Assembly (NCBI RefSeq): GCF_017876815.1
Contig: NZ_JAGIOS010000002.1
Location: 240,001-272,000 of the forward strand
DNA: 32,000 nt
Reading direction: 5' to 3'
From: Sinorhizobium meliloti
GTDB lineage: Bacteria; Pseudomonadota; Alphaproteobacteria; Rhizobiales; Rhizobiaceae
Part shown: positions 7,567 to 15,949 of the stretch, piece by piece
How the letters are laid out: every line of letters starts with the position of its first letter
Position numbering within the stretch: position 1 is the stretch's first letter
Program-made: the position numbers and the translations under genes
The notes under the pieces: generated by a model
Databases searched by the model: none
Told to the model about the DNA's origin: nothing
What the model saw: the letters and a program-made list of their open reading frames with translations, nothing else

Positions 7567-8531
7567 AGCAGAAATATCTTCCACTTACGGCGACGATCTT
7601 GATCTTTGTCTTAAGTTCCGCGCTCTGCGTCGCGCAGTATCCGAACATGCTCTCGACCCGCGTGATCGGAAACCTTCTGACCGACAATGCCTTCCTCGGC
7701 ATCGCCGCCGTCGGCATGACCTTCGTCATCCTCTCGGGCGGCATCGATCTGTCGATCGGCGCTGTGATCGCATTTGCCGGTGTGTTTCTGGCCGTCGTAC
7801 TCGAGCATGGCGGCATGCATCCGCTCGTCGCCTTCGCGTTGCTGCTGGCCATCACGACGCTGTTCGGAGCGCTGATGGGGGCGATCATCCACTATCTCGA
7901 AATGCCGGCTTTCATCGTTACGCTCGCCGGCATGTTCCTCGCCCGCGGCATGGCCTTCGTACTGTCGATCGACTCCATTCCGATCAAGCACCCCTTCTAC
8001 GCGACCTTGAAGAGCCTCTATTTCAAGTTGCCCGGCGGCGGCCGCATCACCCTCATAGGCGGCCTGATGCTGTTCGTCTTCGCGGTCGGCATTCTCATCG
8101 CCCACCGGACCCGCTTCGGCACGAATATCTATGCGCTCGGCGGCGGCACGGCGACGGCAAAGCTCATGGGCGTTCCGGTTGCCGCCACCACGATCCGGAT
8201 CTACGCGCTGTCCGGGCTGCTCGCCGGCCTGTCGGGCATCGTCTTCTCGCTCTATACCTCCGCCGGATACTCGCTGGCCGCCGTCGGCGTCGAGCTGGAC
8301 GCCATCACCGCCGTCGTCATCGGCGGGACACTGCTTACCGGCGGATCCGGCTTCGTTGCCGGAACGTTGGTCGGCATCCTCATCCAGGGTCTCATCCAGA
8401 CATACATCACGTTCGACGGCACACTTTCGAGCTGGTGGACGAAGATCCTGATCGGTCTCCTGCTCTTTGCCTTCATCCTGTTGCAGAAGGGGATCATCCA
8501 CCTGTCGCGCCCCGAACGGCAGCGGGCGTAG
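7563..8531 (+). CDS. yjfF: Sugar ABC transporter permease (YjfF homolog)
   Basis: 322-aa multi-TM ORF with an ATGA overlap with the previous gene at 7563-7566. It shows the typical CUT2 permease block GGIDLSIGAVIAF. It is the fourth gene of the ytfQRT-yjfF order. Confidence 0.88.
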   Translation: MKQKYLPLTATILIFVLSSALCVAQYPNMLSTRVIGNLLTDNAFLGIAAVGMTFVILSGGIDLSIGAVIAFAGVFLAVVLEHGGMHPLVAFALLLAITTLFGALMGAIIHYLEMPAFIVTLAGMFLARGMAFVLSIDSIPIKHPFYATLKSLYFKLPGGGRITLIGGLMLFVFAVGILIAHRTRFGTNIYALGGGTATAKLMGVPVAATTIRIYALSGLLAGLSGIVFSLYTSAGYSLAAVGVELDAITAVVIGGTLLTGGSGFVAGTLVGILIQGLIQTYITFDGTLSSWWTKILIGLLLFAFILLQKGIIHLSRPERQRA

Positions 8532-8548
8532 CCGCGGGACCGGGTGCC

Positions 8549-9283
8549 ATGCCGGGGACCTTCGGAAATCAACGCGGCAAACGCACGAGCCACAGGCTCG
8601 TCGTCGAGGAGCTTGGCCAGGCGGTGGTCGGCGGCGAGTTTGCGATCGGCGAGACGCTGCCGGGCGACACGGATCTCGCCGCGCGCTTCAGCGTATCGCG
8701 CACCGTACTGCGCGAAGCGATGAAGACACTTGCCGCCAAAGGCCTCGTCGTCGCCCGCGCCCGCATCGGCACGCGCGTGCTGCCCCGGGCGCACTGGAAC
8801 CTCTTCGACAGCGACGTGCTCACCTGGCATTTCGGCGCCGGTGTCGACGAGGATTTCCTGCGTCATGTGAGCGAGGTGCGGTTGGCCCTCGAACCCTATG
8901 CGGCGGCACTGGCGGCGCGCCGCGCCAGCGATGCGGACATCGCCCGGATGATGCGGCTTGCCGTCGCGATGGGCGATGCCAGCCACAGCCCCCACACGCT
9001 GGCGCTCGCAGATCTCGAATTCCACCTCCGCCTCCTGGAAGCCTCGCTCAATCCGTTCATGCGGACGGTCGGCAGCCTGATCGAGGCGGCGCTGATGGGC
9101 GTTTTTCAGCTTACCAGCCCGACAGCCGATGAAACGGAGATCGACCGCGTCGCGATCGCGCATATCCGCATCGTCGAGGAAATCCGCCGCCGCGACGAGG
9201 AAGGCGCGCGCAACGCGATGGAACACGTGATCCGCGTCGGTCAGGAGCGGTTGATCATGGATCTGAGGGGCCGGGAGAGTTAG
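8549..9283 (+). CDS. GntR/FadR-family (FCD domain) transcriptional regulator, DgoR-like
   Basis: ATG at 8549 lies 17 nt after the yjfF stop; the track start at 8435 would sit inside yjfF. The wHTH is LAARFSVSRTVLREAMKTLAAKGLVVARARIGTRV. PRAHWNLFDSDVLTW and VSEVRLALEPYAAALAARRAS resemble recalled E. coli DgoR (PRNQWNYLDTDVLQW, MSEVRNLVEPAIARWAAERAT). Confidence 0.88.
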   Translation: MPGTFGNQRGKRTSHRLVVEELGQAVVGGEFAIGETLPGDTDLAARFSVSRTVLREAMKTLAAKGLVVARARIGTRVLPRAHWNLFDSDVLTWHFGAGVDEDFLRHVSEVRLALEPYAAALAARRASDADIARMMRLAVAMGDASHSPHTLALADLEFHLRLLEASLNPFMRTVGSLIEAALMGVFQLTSPTADETEIDRVAIAHIRIVEEIRRRDEEGARNAMEHVIRVGQERLIMDLRGRES

Positions 9284-9300
9284 CGAGGCGATGGCCCTTA

Positions 9301-9460
9301 ATCCGGCCTGCCGGGCACCTTCTCCCCGCAGGCGGGGCGAAGAGGACTCGCGGGACCCTCCGCCTCACTTACGAGCCGCTGAGAGGCCTGTGACGCAGCC
9401 GCTTGCCCCTTCCCCCGTCAAGACGCGTCAAGACGGGGAGAAGGTGGCGGCAGCGGGATG
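9301..9460. repeat. MITE-like / rhizobial intergenic-mosaic-type element bounded by imperfect ~27-bp inverted repeats (core 13-bp perfect: CACCTTCTCCCCG 9316-9328 / CGGGGAGAAGGTG 9434-9446)
   Basis: The left arm atccggcctgccgggcaccttctccccg matches the reverse complement of the right arm, atcccgctgccgccaccttctccccg. There is an internal local hairpin CCCCGC agg CGGGG. The CTTCTCCCCGC…GGGGAGAAGG…GGATGAGGGG motif class is one I recall as highly repeated in Rhizobiaceae intergenic DNA; this was not searched. Confidence 0.6.
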
Positions 9461-10579
9461 AGGGGCGGCGCGAGACGTGATTTGGGCGTCCAATGGCGCT
9501 TTTTGCGGTTCGAGGCGCTTCCCCGTTTCCGCATCGAAGAGATGCAATTGCTTCGGGTCAATCGCCAGACCGATAAGCTCCCCGCCCGATGCAGCGGAGC
9601 GTCCGGTCTCCACGACCATGAGTTCCGGCTGGGTCGCGGAGGTTATGTAGGTGGCCGAGCCGGTCGACTCCACGACGCCGACGGGAATATCGAATGCACC
9701 CTGCCCGGCGCCGACGATGCGGATGTGTTCCGGCCGAATGCCCACCGTGACCGATGCCCCCGGCCGAACCGGGTCGATGAGCGAGAAGCTCGCCCTTGTG
9801 GCGCCGAGGTCGAGAGCCAAATGGCTGCCGTCCGCCTCCACGACCGCCGGAATGAAGTTCATCGCCGGCGAGCCGATGAAACCTGCAACGAAGCGGTTGG
9901 CCGGTCTGTCGTAGAGATCGAGCGGGCGGCCCTGCTGCTCGATGACCCCGTCGCGCATGACGACGACATGGTCCGCCATGGTCATTGCCTCGATTTGATC
10001 GTGGGTCACATAGACGGAGGTCGCCCCCAGCCGGTCATGCAGCGCCCGGATCTCCTTGCGCATATGCACGCGCAGCGCCGCATCGAGATTGGACAAGGGC
10101 TCGTCGAAGAGGAATGCCTTGGGATGACGAATGATGGCGCGGCTCATCGCAACCCGCTGGCGTTGCCCGCCGGAGAGTTCGCGAGGATAGCGCTTCATGA
10201 GGTGGGAAAGACCGGTGGTCGTCGCCACTTCGGCCGCCGCCTTCAGCGCCTCCGCTTTTTTAACGCCGCGTATGCGCAGGCTGTAGGTCAGATTCTCCTC
10301 CACCGTCATATGGGGGTAGAGCGCATAGGACTGGAAGACCATTGCGACGTCGCGCTTGCGCGGCGGAACGTCGTTCATCCGCGCCCCGGCGATCTTCATC
10401 TCACCGGCCGAAATCTTCTCGAGCCCGGCCAGAGACCGCAGGAGCGTGGACTTGCCGCAGCCGGAAGGCCCGACAAGGGCAACGAAGGTCCCCTCCTCTA
10501 TCGCGAGATCGATGTCCTTGAGTGCGTGGTAGGAACCGTAGAATTTGTTGACGCCGTTGAGCTCGATCTGAAGGGTCAT
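9428..10579 (-). CDS. CUT1 sugar ABC transporter ATP-binding protein (UgpC/MalK-like)
   Basis: Start MTLQIELNGV… at 10579 (ATGA overlap with the upstream permease stop). Motifs GPSGCGKST, LSGGQRQRVA and FLFDEPLSNLD. 383 aa, slightly long for the family. The last ~12 codons (APHPAAATFSPS*) are encoded by the right arm of the repeat element. Confidence 0.9.
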   Translation of the reverse strand: MTLQIELNGVNKFYGSYHALKDIDLAIEEGTFVALVGPSGCGKSTLLRSLAGLEKISAGEMKIAGARMNDVPPRKRDVAMVFQSYALYPHMTVEENLTYSLRIRGVKKAEALKAAAEVATTTGLSHLMKRYPRELSGGQRQRVAMSRAIIRHPKAFLFDEPLSNLDAALRVHMRKEIRALHDRLGATSVYVTHDQIEAMTMADHVVVMRDGVIEQQGRPLDLYDRPANRFVAGFIGSPAMNFIPAVVEADGSHLALDLGATRASFSLIDPVRPGASVTVGIRPEHIRIVGAGQGAFDIPVGVVESTGSATYITSATQPELMVVETGRSAASGGELIGLAIDPKQLHLFDAETGKRLEPQKAPLDAQITSRAAPHPAAATFSPS

Positions 10580-11403
10580 TTGAGGGCTCCTGAAGTGAGG
10601 CCGGAAACGATGCGGCGCTGCAAGAGGATGAAAGCGGCAAGGATGGGCGTCACATAGATCGTGGCATAGGCCATGATATTGTTCCATTCATTGGTATTCG
10701 GCCCCATGAAGGTGTTGAGGCCGACACTTGCGGGCTGCAGTTCGACGGCCTGGATCATCGATTTCGAATAGACGAATTCGCCGAAGGCCTGCATGAAGAT
10801 CAGGATCGCGCTCACGAGAATGCCGTTCCGGGCGAGCGGCAGCACGATGTTGAAGAAGGCGCCGATCCGCGAATTGCCGTCGACGAGCGCTGCCTCTTCG
10901 AGCTCCATCGGCACGCTCATGAAGGTCGCGCGGACGAGGACCACGAAGAAGGGCATGCTTTTGGCAGCGATCGCCAGGATCACGGCAAGACGCGGCGTAT
11001 CGAGGAGGCCCACTTGCGAGAAGCCGACGAAAATCGGCGTCACCATCAGCGAAGCGGGCAACACCTGAAGCATCAGGATGAGAAACAGGCCGATGTCCAC
11101 CCAGACGTTGCGATAGCGCGCGAGCACATAGGCGCAACCGACGCCGAGCACGGCGATCAGCGCCACCGAGCCGAAAGCGATGACGAGCGAATTCCAGAGA
11201 TACCGCGCCATGTTGCGGCTCTCCCAGACGAAGGCGTAGATGCTCCATTGTGGCTCGCTCGGCCAGAATTTCGGCGGGGTCGCAAACATCGCCGACCCGG
11301 TCTTCAGGGCGGTGATGTACATCCAGTAGAGCGGGAAGAGATAGATGGCCGCGAGCACGAGCGCGACAGCCAGCATCAACCGGTTGCGGAAAGTGTCGCT
11401 CAT
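10576..11403 (-). CDS. Carbohydrate ABC transporter permease (MalG-type)
   Basis: 275 aa, 6-TM pattern, EAA loop LEEAALVDGNSRIGAFFNIVLPLA. ATGA overlaps on both sides. Confidence 0.92.
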   Translation of the reverse strand: MSDTFRNRLMLAVALVLAAIYLFPLYWMYITALKTGSAMFATPPKFWPSEPQWSIYAFVWESRNMARYLWNSLVIAFGSVALIAVLGVGCAYVLARYRNVWVDIGLFLILMLQVLPASLMVTPIFVGFSQVGLLDTPRLAVILAIAAKSMPFFVVLVRATFMSVPMELEEAALVDGNSRIGAFFNIVLPLARNGILVSAILIFMQAFGEFVYSKSMIQAVELQPASVGLNTFMGPNTNEWNNIMAYATIYVTPILAAFILLQRRIVSGLTSGALK

Positions 11404-12302
11404 CCTCTGACCTCATGGCGCGTTGAGCGGACATAGACGACGGAGGCGAACATCACGAAGACGATCATGATCACCGAGATCGTCGCGCCCTTGGCGAAAT
11501 CATACTGGCGGAAGGAAAGGTCCCAGGCCCAGTATTGCGTGACATTGGAGGTATTGTTCGGCCCTCCGGACGTGATGGCGGCGAAGAGATCGAATTGCTG
11601 CAAAGTGAAGATGAGCCCGAGCGCGACAATGGCACCGATCGTCGAGCGCATCATCGGCAGAGTGATCGTCCAGAAGCGCTGGAACGCATTGGCACCGTCG
11701 AGCTCGGCCGCCTCGTAGAGGTCCTTCGGAATACCTGACAGGCCGACCGAAAGCAGGATCATGTTGAATGACGTGCCGAGCCAGATATTGGCGATGATCA
11801 CGGCCCAGAGCGAATAGTTCGGGTCCGAACGCCAGAAGATGTTGTCGGAAATCACGCCTGTTTCCCGCAGCAGAAAATTGAGGACGCCGAAATCACCCGA
11901 GAGAATCCAGTTCCAGATGGCGCCGACCACGAGGCCCGGCATGACCCAGGAGACGAGAAAGAGGCCGCGCAGCCACGACGCACCGGGGAAATTGACCCAG
12001 AAGAACAGCGCGAGACCGAAGCCTATGAGGAACTGCCCGGCGATCGAGGCGGTCACGAAGATGGCCGTGTTGAGGAGAATGGGCCAGGTTTCGGGTTGAG
12101 CGAAAAGGTCGATATAATTCTTGAAGCCCACGAACGGCCGCGAAAAGCTGCCGAGGCTGAACATGTCGACTTCCTGGAAGCTCATCACGACATTGTAGAC
12201 AAGCGGCAGTCCGGAGAGGACGAACAGGAATGCGAGCGGCAAGCTCACAAGGCCGATATCGAAGCCCCTGCCATCCGTAATGCTCGATAGAATTCTTTTC
12301 AT
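11400..12302 (-). CDS. Carbohydrate ABC transporter permease (MalF-type)
   Basis: 300 aa, EAA loop LYEAAELDGANAFQRFWTITLPMM. Overlaps the downstream permease start by 4 nt. Confidence 0.92.
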   Translation of the reverse strand: MKRILSSITDGRGFDIGLVSLPLAFLFVLSGLPLVYNVVMSFQEVDMFSLGSFSRPFVGFKNYIDLFAQPETWPILLNTAIFVTASIAGQFLIGFGLALFFWVNFPGASWLRGLFLVSWVMPGLVVGAIWNWILSGDFGVLNFLLRETGVISDNIFWRSDPNYSLWAVIIANIWLGTSFNMILLSVGLSGIPKDLYEAAELDGANAFQRFWTITLPMMRSTIGAIVALGLIFTLQQFDLFAAITSGGPNNTSNVTQYWAWDLSFRQYDFAKGATISVIMIVFVMFASVVYVRSTRHEVRG

Positions 12303-12348
12303 TGGCGATCACCTGTCCCTTGGCCGAGTCTTGCGCGGCCTATGCAGC

Positions 12349-12377
12349 GGCGACCCCGGCCGAAGCCGGGGATCGCC
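12349..12377 (-). other. GC-rich stem-loop between the binding-protein gene and the first permease gene (12 bp with one bulge, tetraloop)
   Basis: GGCGACCCCGGC cgaa GCCGGGGaTCGCC. It sits in the 169-nt gap after the SBP stop (12472). No U-tract on the transcribed strand. Confidence 0.5.
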
Positions 12378-12471
12378 TCTCTCGGGAGAAAATCCTGGGC
12401 GGATCGTCGCTACAATCCACCAGTGAACTCCATTTGCCGTTTAGATCATTCCAGGAAAAGCACTTGCGGGC

Positions 12472-13704
12472 TCAGCCGAGAACCGCCTTTATCTTCTCGG
12501 CCGCCTGGTCGAGCGCTTCCTTGGAACTCATCTGCCCGGTAAGCGCCGCCTGGATGGCGTCCTGAATAGCTTTGGAGATCTTCGGCCATGCGGGATGGGG
12601 GCCGCGGGGCTTCGCATATTTCAGCTGTTCCACGAAGACCTGGAGAGCCGCGTCCTTTTTCGGCTCGCCGGTCGCCGGGATGGCGATGTCGGAGCGCGGC
12701 GGCAGTTGCCCGAAGTCCTTGAACATCCGGTCGTCCTGCGAAACGAAATATTCGAGGACCTTGAAGGCTTCTTCCGGATGCTCGGTATTCGCGAAGACCG
12801 CCCAGTTGAAATCGCCCATGGCCGAAGAGCGTTCAGCGCCGACTTCCGGTACGGGCAGCAGCGCTACGCCCCAATCGAACTTCGCTTCCTCGAGCATACG
12901 ATCGATTTCCCAGGGACCGGAGATCGCCATGGCCGCGTTGCCGGAATTGAAGGTACCGGTGGCGTCCCATTGGCTGCGTGTCAGCGTGTCGGGCGAGGCG
13001 AGCTTCTGGTCGATGATCGTTTTCCAGACGTCCAGCGCCTTGACCGCGCCCTCGGCGTTGATGTTGTCGTAACCGCCGCCGGCCATCTGCGCCCAGGGGA
13101 GGAACTGGAATGTCCCCTCCTCGTTGGCTTTGGCCGAGAAGGTGATGCCGTAGACGTTCTGAGCCGGGTCGGTCAGCTTGCGCGCCGCCTCGACGAGTTC
13201 GTCCCAGGTTTGCGGAGGCTTGTTCGGGTCCAGGCCCTTGGCCTTGAACATGTCCTTGTTGTAGTAAAGGGCGATCGTGTTGGTTGCCTTGGGGACGCCG
13301 TAATATTTCCCGTCCCAGGTCACGGAGGCGAGTGGCCCCTTGAAGTAGTTCTCCGGCTTGACGACCGAGGACTTCGCGATCATCTGGCTCAGATCGAGAA
13401 ATGCACCGCGGGACGCAAAGAGCGCGTGTTCGGGATTGTCGACAGCGATGATGTCCGGCGCCTGCCCCGTCGAATAGGCTCGCATCGCTTCGCTGACCAC
13501 GTCGTCGAACTGGATCTGCCGATATTCCACTTTAATACCGGTGTTCAGCTTGTTGAAATCTTTTATCAAGTTCGGTGCCGGCTGGATGTCCCGGTCCAGC
13601 GACCAGACACTGATCGTTACATCCTCAGCGCTTGCCGAAAAGGCCGGCAAGGAAACACTGGCAAGGGCGAATGCACCCAGCATTGCATATTTACGGATAC
13701 CCAT
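12472..13704 (-). CDS. Extracellular solute-binding protein family 1 (CUT1 sugar ABC substrate-binding protein)
   Basis: 410 aa. Signal peptide [26 protein letters not shown]|ED. Strong SD (GAGGAGGAG) before the ATG. Typical SBP_bac_1 layout. Confidence 0.9.
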   Translation of the reverse strand: MGIRKYAMLGAFALASVSLPAFSASAEDVTISVWSLDRDIQPAPNLIKDFNKLNTGIKVEYRQIQFDDVVSEAMRAYSTGQAPDIIAVDNPEHALFASRGAFLDLSQMIAKSSVVKPENYFKGPLASVTWDGKYYGVPKATNTIALYYNKDMFKAKGLDPNKPPQTWDELVEAARKLTDPAQNVYGITFSAKANEEGTFQFLPWAQMAGGGYDNINAEGAVKALDVWKTIIDQKLASPDTLTRSQWDATGTFNSGNAAMAISGPWEIDRMLEEAKFDWGVALLPVPEVGAERSSAMGDFNWAVFANTEHPEEAFKVLEYFVSQDDRMFKDFGQLPPRSDIAIPATGEPKKDAALQVFVEQLKYAKPRGPHPAWPKISKAIQDAIQAALTGQMSSKEALDQAAEKIKAVLG

Positions 13705-13733
13705 GGACTCCTCCTCTTTCGGGTTTTTCCGAG

Positions 13734-13756
13734 GGCCGGCGCCCCCCGTGCCGGCC
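13734..13756 (-). other. GC stem-loop (7 bp, 9-nt loop) between the TIM-barrel gene and the SBP gene
   Basis: GGCCGGC gccccccgt GCCGGCC. Confidence 0.4.
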
Positions 13757-13768
13757 GTCGTTCATGTC

Positions 13769-14671
13769 TCAGGCCGGATCGGCGACGAAGTCGCCGCCAC
13801 GGCAGCCTTTCAGGTAATTCAGAGCGTGCACCTGGCCCGTCATTTCCAGCGCATCGCGGTATACCGGGTCATGCCAGCCTTCGATGTCGATCGAACCGGA
13901 CCAGCCGGCGAGCCGGAGTTCCGAGATGATGTCGGTCCAATTGCTGTCGCCGAACCCGGGCGTGCGCATGAAGACGAACTTCTCCTTGCCGAAGATGCCG
14001 TGCTCGCGGATGACGTCCCAGCGGATCGTCGCGTCCTTACCGTGCACGTGGAATATCTTGGGCGCCCATTTGCGGATCTGCGGCAGCGGGTCGATCAGAT
14101 AGACCATCTGGTGGCAAGGCTCCCACTCCAGACCGATGTTGTCGTCCGGCGTCTCGTTGAAGATGAGTTCCCAGGCGTCCGGATTGTGAGCGATGTTCCA
14201 GTCGCCGGTCGCCCAGTTGCCGTCCATGGCGCAGTTCTCGAAGGCGATCTTTACGCCCTTATCGGCGGCGCGCTGGGCGAGCTCGCGCCAGATCTTGCGG
14301 TAGCGCGGCAGACTGTCAGTCAGCGGCCGGTTGCGGATGCGTCCCGTAAAGCCGGCGACGCATGTCGCGCCGAAATGATGGGCGTTGTCGATGCAGTCCT
14401 TCCAGCCCTGCAGGCTCTGGAGGTCGATGTCGGTCTCCTCCAGCGGATTGCCGAACATGCCGAGCGTCGAGATCGTGATGTCGCGGTCGCCGATTGCCTC
14501 ACGGCAGCGCTTGCCGAGCTCGGCAAGATCCTGCCCGTTGGTGGTCTGCCAGAAGAAGGGTTCGAAGCTTTCGAACCCCAGATCGGCGATCTCGCCTATG
14601 CGCTTCGCGGCTTCGCCCTTTGTGGCGCTGACCATGGTGCCGACGCGGATGGATTTGGCTGGATTGCTCAT
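13769..14671 (-). CDS. Xylose-isomerase-like TIM-barrel protein (annotated class: sugar phosphate isomerase/epimerase)
   Basis: About 300 aa. ATG at 14671 (MSNPAKS…) is preceded by GAGG at suitable spacing; GTG at 14683 is an alternative start. Family call rests on size and general AP-endonuclease-2/xylose-isomerase-like look (…FENCAMDG…, …HVHGKD…, IDIEGWHD). Confidence 0.8.
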   Translation of the reverse strand: MSNPAKSIRVGTMVSATKGEAAKRIGEIADLGFESFEPFFWQTTNGQDLAELGKRCREAIGDRDITISTLGMFGNPLEETDIDLQSLQGWKDCIDNAHHFGATCVAGFTGRIRNRPLTDSLPRYRKIWRELAQRAADKGVKIAFENCAMDGNWATGDWNIAHNPDAWELIFNETPDDNIGLEWEPCHQMVYLIDPLPQIRKWAPKIFHVHGKDATIRWDVIREHGIFGKEKFVFMRTPGFGDSNWTDIISELRLAGWSGSIDIEGWHDPVYRDALEMTGQVHALNYLKGCRGGDFVADPA

Positions 14672-14684
14672 CAGATGCCTCACT

Positions 14685-15716
14685 TCAGATTGTCACGCGT
14701 TGCCGGGTGCGGGCGCTTTCGATCGCCGCAAAGACCATGGCAAGGCTGTTGAAATTGTCGTCGCCCGCCGTTTCCGGCTTGGTGCCGGAGCGGACCGCAG
14801 CGACGAAATCGGCGATGACGCTGGCATGCCCGTGCGTCTCAAGCGGATCGGCTGCTTCGGGAACTTCGACCGGTACGAGCGGACGGAAGAAGCCCTCGCT
14901 GCCGGCGACACGGTTCGCGCTCAGCGCCTCGGCGCCGTCCCAGAGCAGCGTGCCCTTGGTGCCTATAATCCGCCACTCGCTCTCCCAGCTCGTATTGGCG
15001 CCTTCGGCACACCAGGAACCGCGATAGGTGAAGGTCACATCGTCGGAAAGCTCGAATATCGCGGTGGCGGCCGCGCCGTGCGCGTACCAGGAGCCCTGCG
15101 GGTTTTCTTCGTGGCAATACACGGCGAGCGGTGTCTTATCGGCGATGAACCGGGCGGCATCGAAGGTGTGGATCGCCATGTCGAGAAGCAGCACATGTTC
15201 CATCTCCTCGCGAAAGCCGCCAAAATGCGCGCCGATGAAGAAGTCGCAGTGGATGCCCGTCAGATCTCCTATCGCGCCGCTTTCGATGAAGCGACGTATG
15301 CGGCGTATGCCGGAGATGAAGCGGCGGTTCTGCACGATTGCATGGATCCTGTCCGCATTCCTGGCGAGTTCGATCAGCTCGCGGGCGGCCTCGAGCGAGG
15401 CGGCCATCGGCTTCTCGCTCAGCACGTGACAGCCGTGCCTGAGCGCGGTGGCGACCACGTCGCGGCGCGCAGCAGGTACGACGATGTCGAAAAGGATGTC
15501 GGGTGCCGTCTCCGTCAACACCGCATCGAGGTCTGAACCGACAACGGCGCCTTCGATCTCGAACTCCGCCGCGAGCGCACGAGCCGCTTCGGGATTGACG
15601 TCGATGAGCCCGACGATCCGGATTGCCGACTGGAGTTCGCGGTCCGCGGCGATCGCCTTGAGCCAACCTTTGGCCATAGCTCCGCACCCGCACAGAACTG
15701 CGCGCAAAATCACCAT
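14685..15716 (-). CDS. Gfo/Idh/MocA-family NAD(P)-dependent oxidoreductase
   Basis: 343 aa. N-terminal Rossmann motif LCGCGAMAKGW, conserved …VLSEKPMA… block, SD GGGAGGAG before the ATG. Confidence 0.88.
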   Translation of the reverse strand: MVILRAVLCGCGAMAKGWLKAIAADRELQSAIRIVGLIDVNPEAARALAAEFEIEGAVVGSDLDAVLTETAPDILFDIVVPAARRDVVATALRHGCHVLSEKPMAASLEAARELIELARNADRIHAIVQNRRFISGIRRIRRFIESGAIGDLTGIHCDFFIGAHFGGFREEMEHVLLLDMAIHTFDAARFIADKTPLAVYCHEENPQGSWYAHGAAATAIFELSDDVTFTYRGSWCAEGANTSWESEWRIIGTKGTLLWDGAEALSANRVAGSEGFFRPLVPVEVPEAADPLETHGHASVIADFVAAVRSGTKPETAGDDNFNSLAMVFAAIESARTRQRVTI

Positions 15717-15756
15717 TCTCCTCCCACAAACCTTGGTTTCCGGCTTGTTTCGGCCA

Positions 15757-15772
15757 CCGTAAACGTTTACGG
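15757..15772. promoter_or_regulatory. Perfect 16-bp palindrome CCGTAAACGTTTACGG, a probable LacI-family operator
   Basis: Perfect dyad with a central CG, matching the generic LacI/GalR half-site style (…AAACG|CGTTT…). It lies 41 bp upstream of the oxidoreductase ATG in the divergent region shared with the LacI gene. Confidence 0.7.
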
Positions 15773-15783
15773 AACTATGCGGA

Positions 15784-15816
15784 CTTTCCGAAACATGTCA
15801 ATAGGGATTCGGAAAG
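15784..15816. promoter_or_regulatory. 9-bp inverted repeat CTTTCCGAA-N15-TTCGGAAAG in the same divergent control region
   Basis: Arms verified by hand (15784-15792 / 15808-15816). Function unknown. Confidence 0.3.
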
Positions 15817-15949
15817 CTCGGTCGATGAGAGGGAAATCGCGGGCTGCTTATGGCCGCCTGCCCGGTTCAACTTCAAAGTATATCGGTCGCGTTGATTGCG
15901 GGTCGGTATGACCGGGTTGACCGGTGATTAGAGAGGAAAAGCGCTTCGC

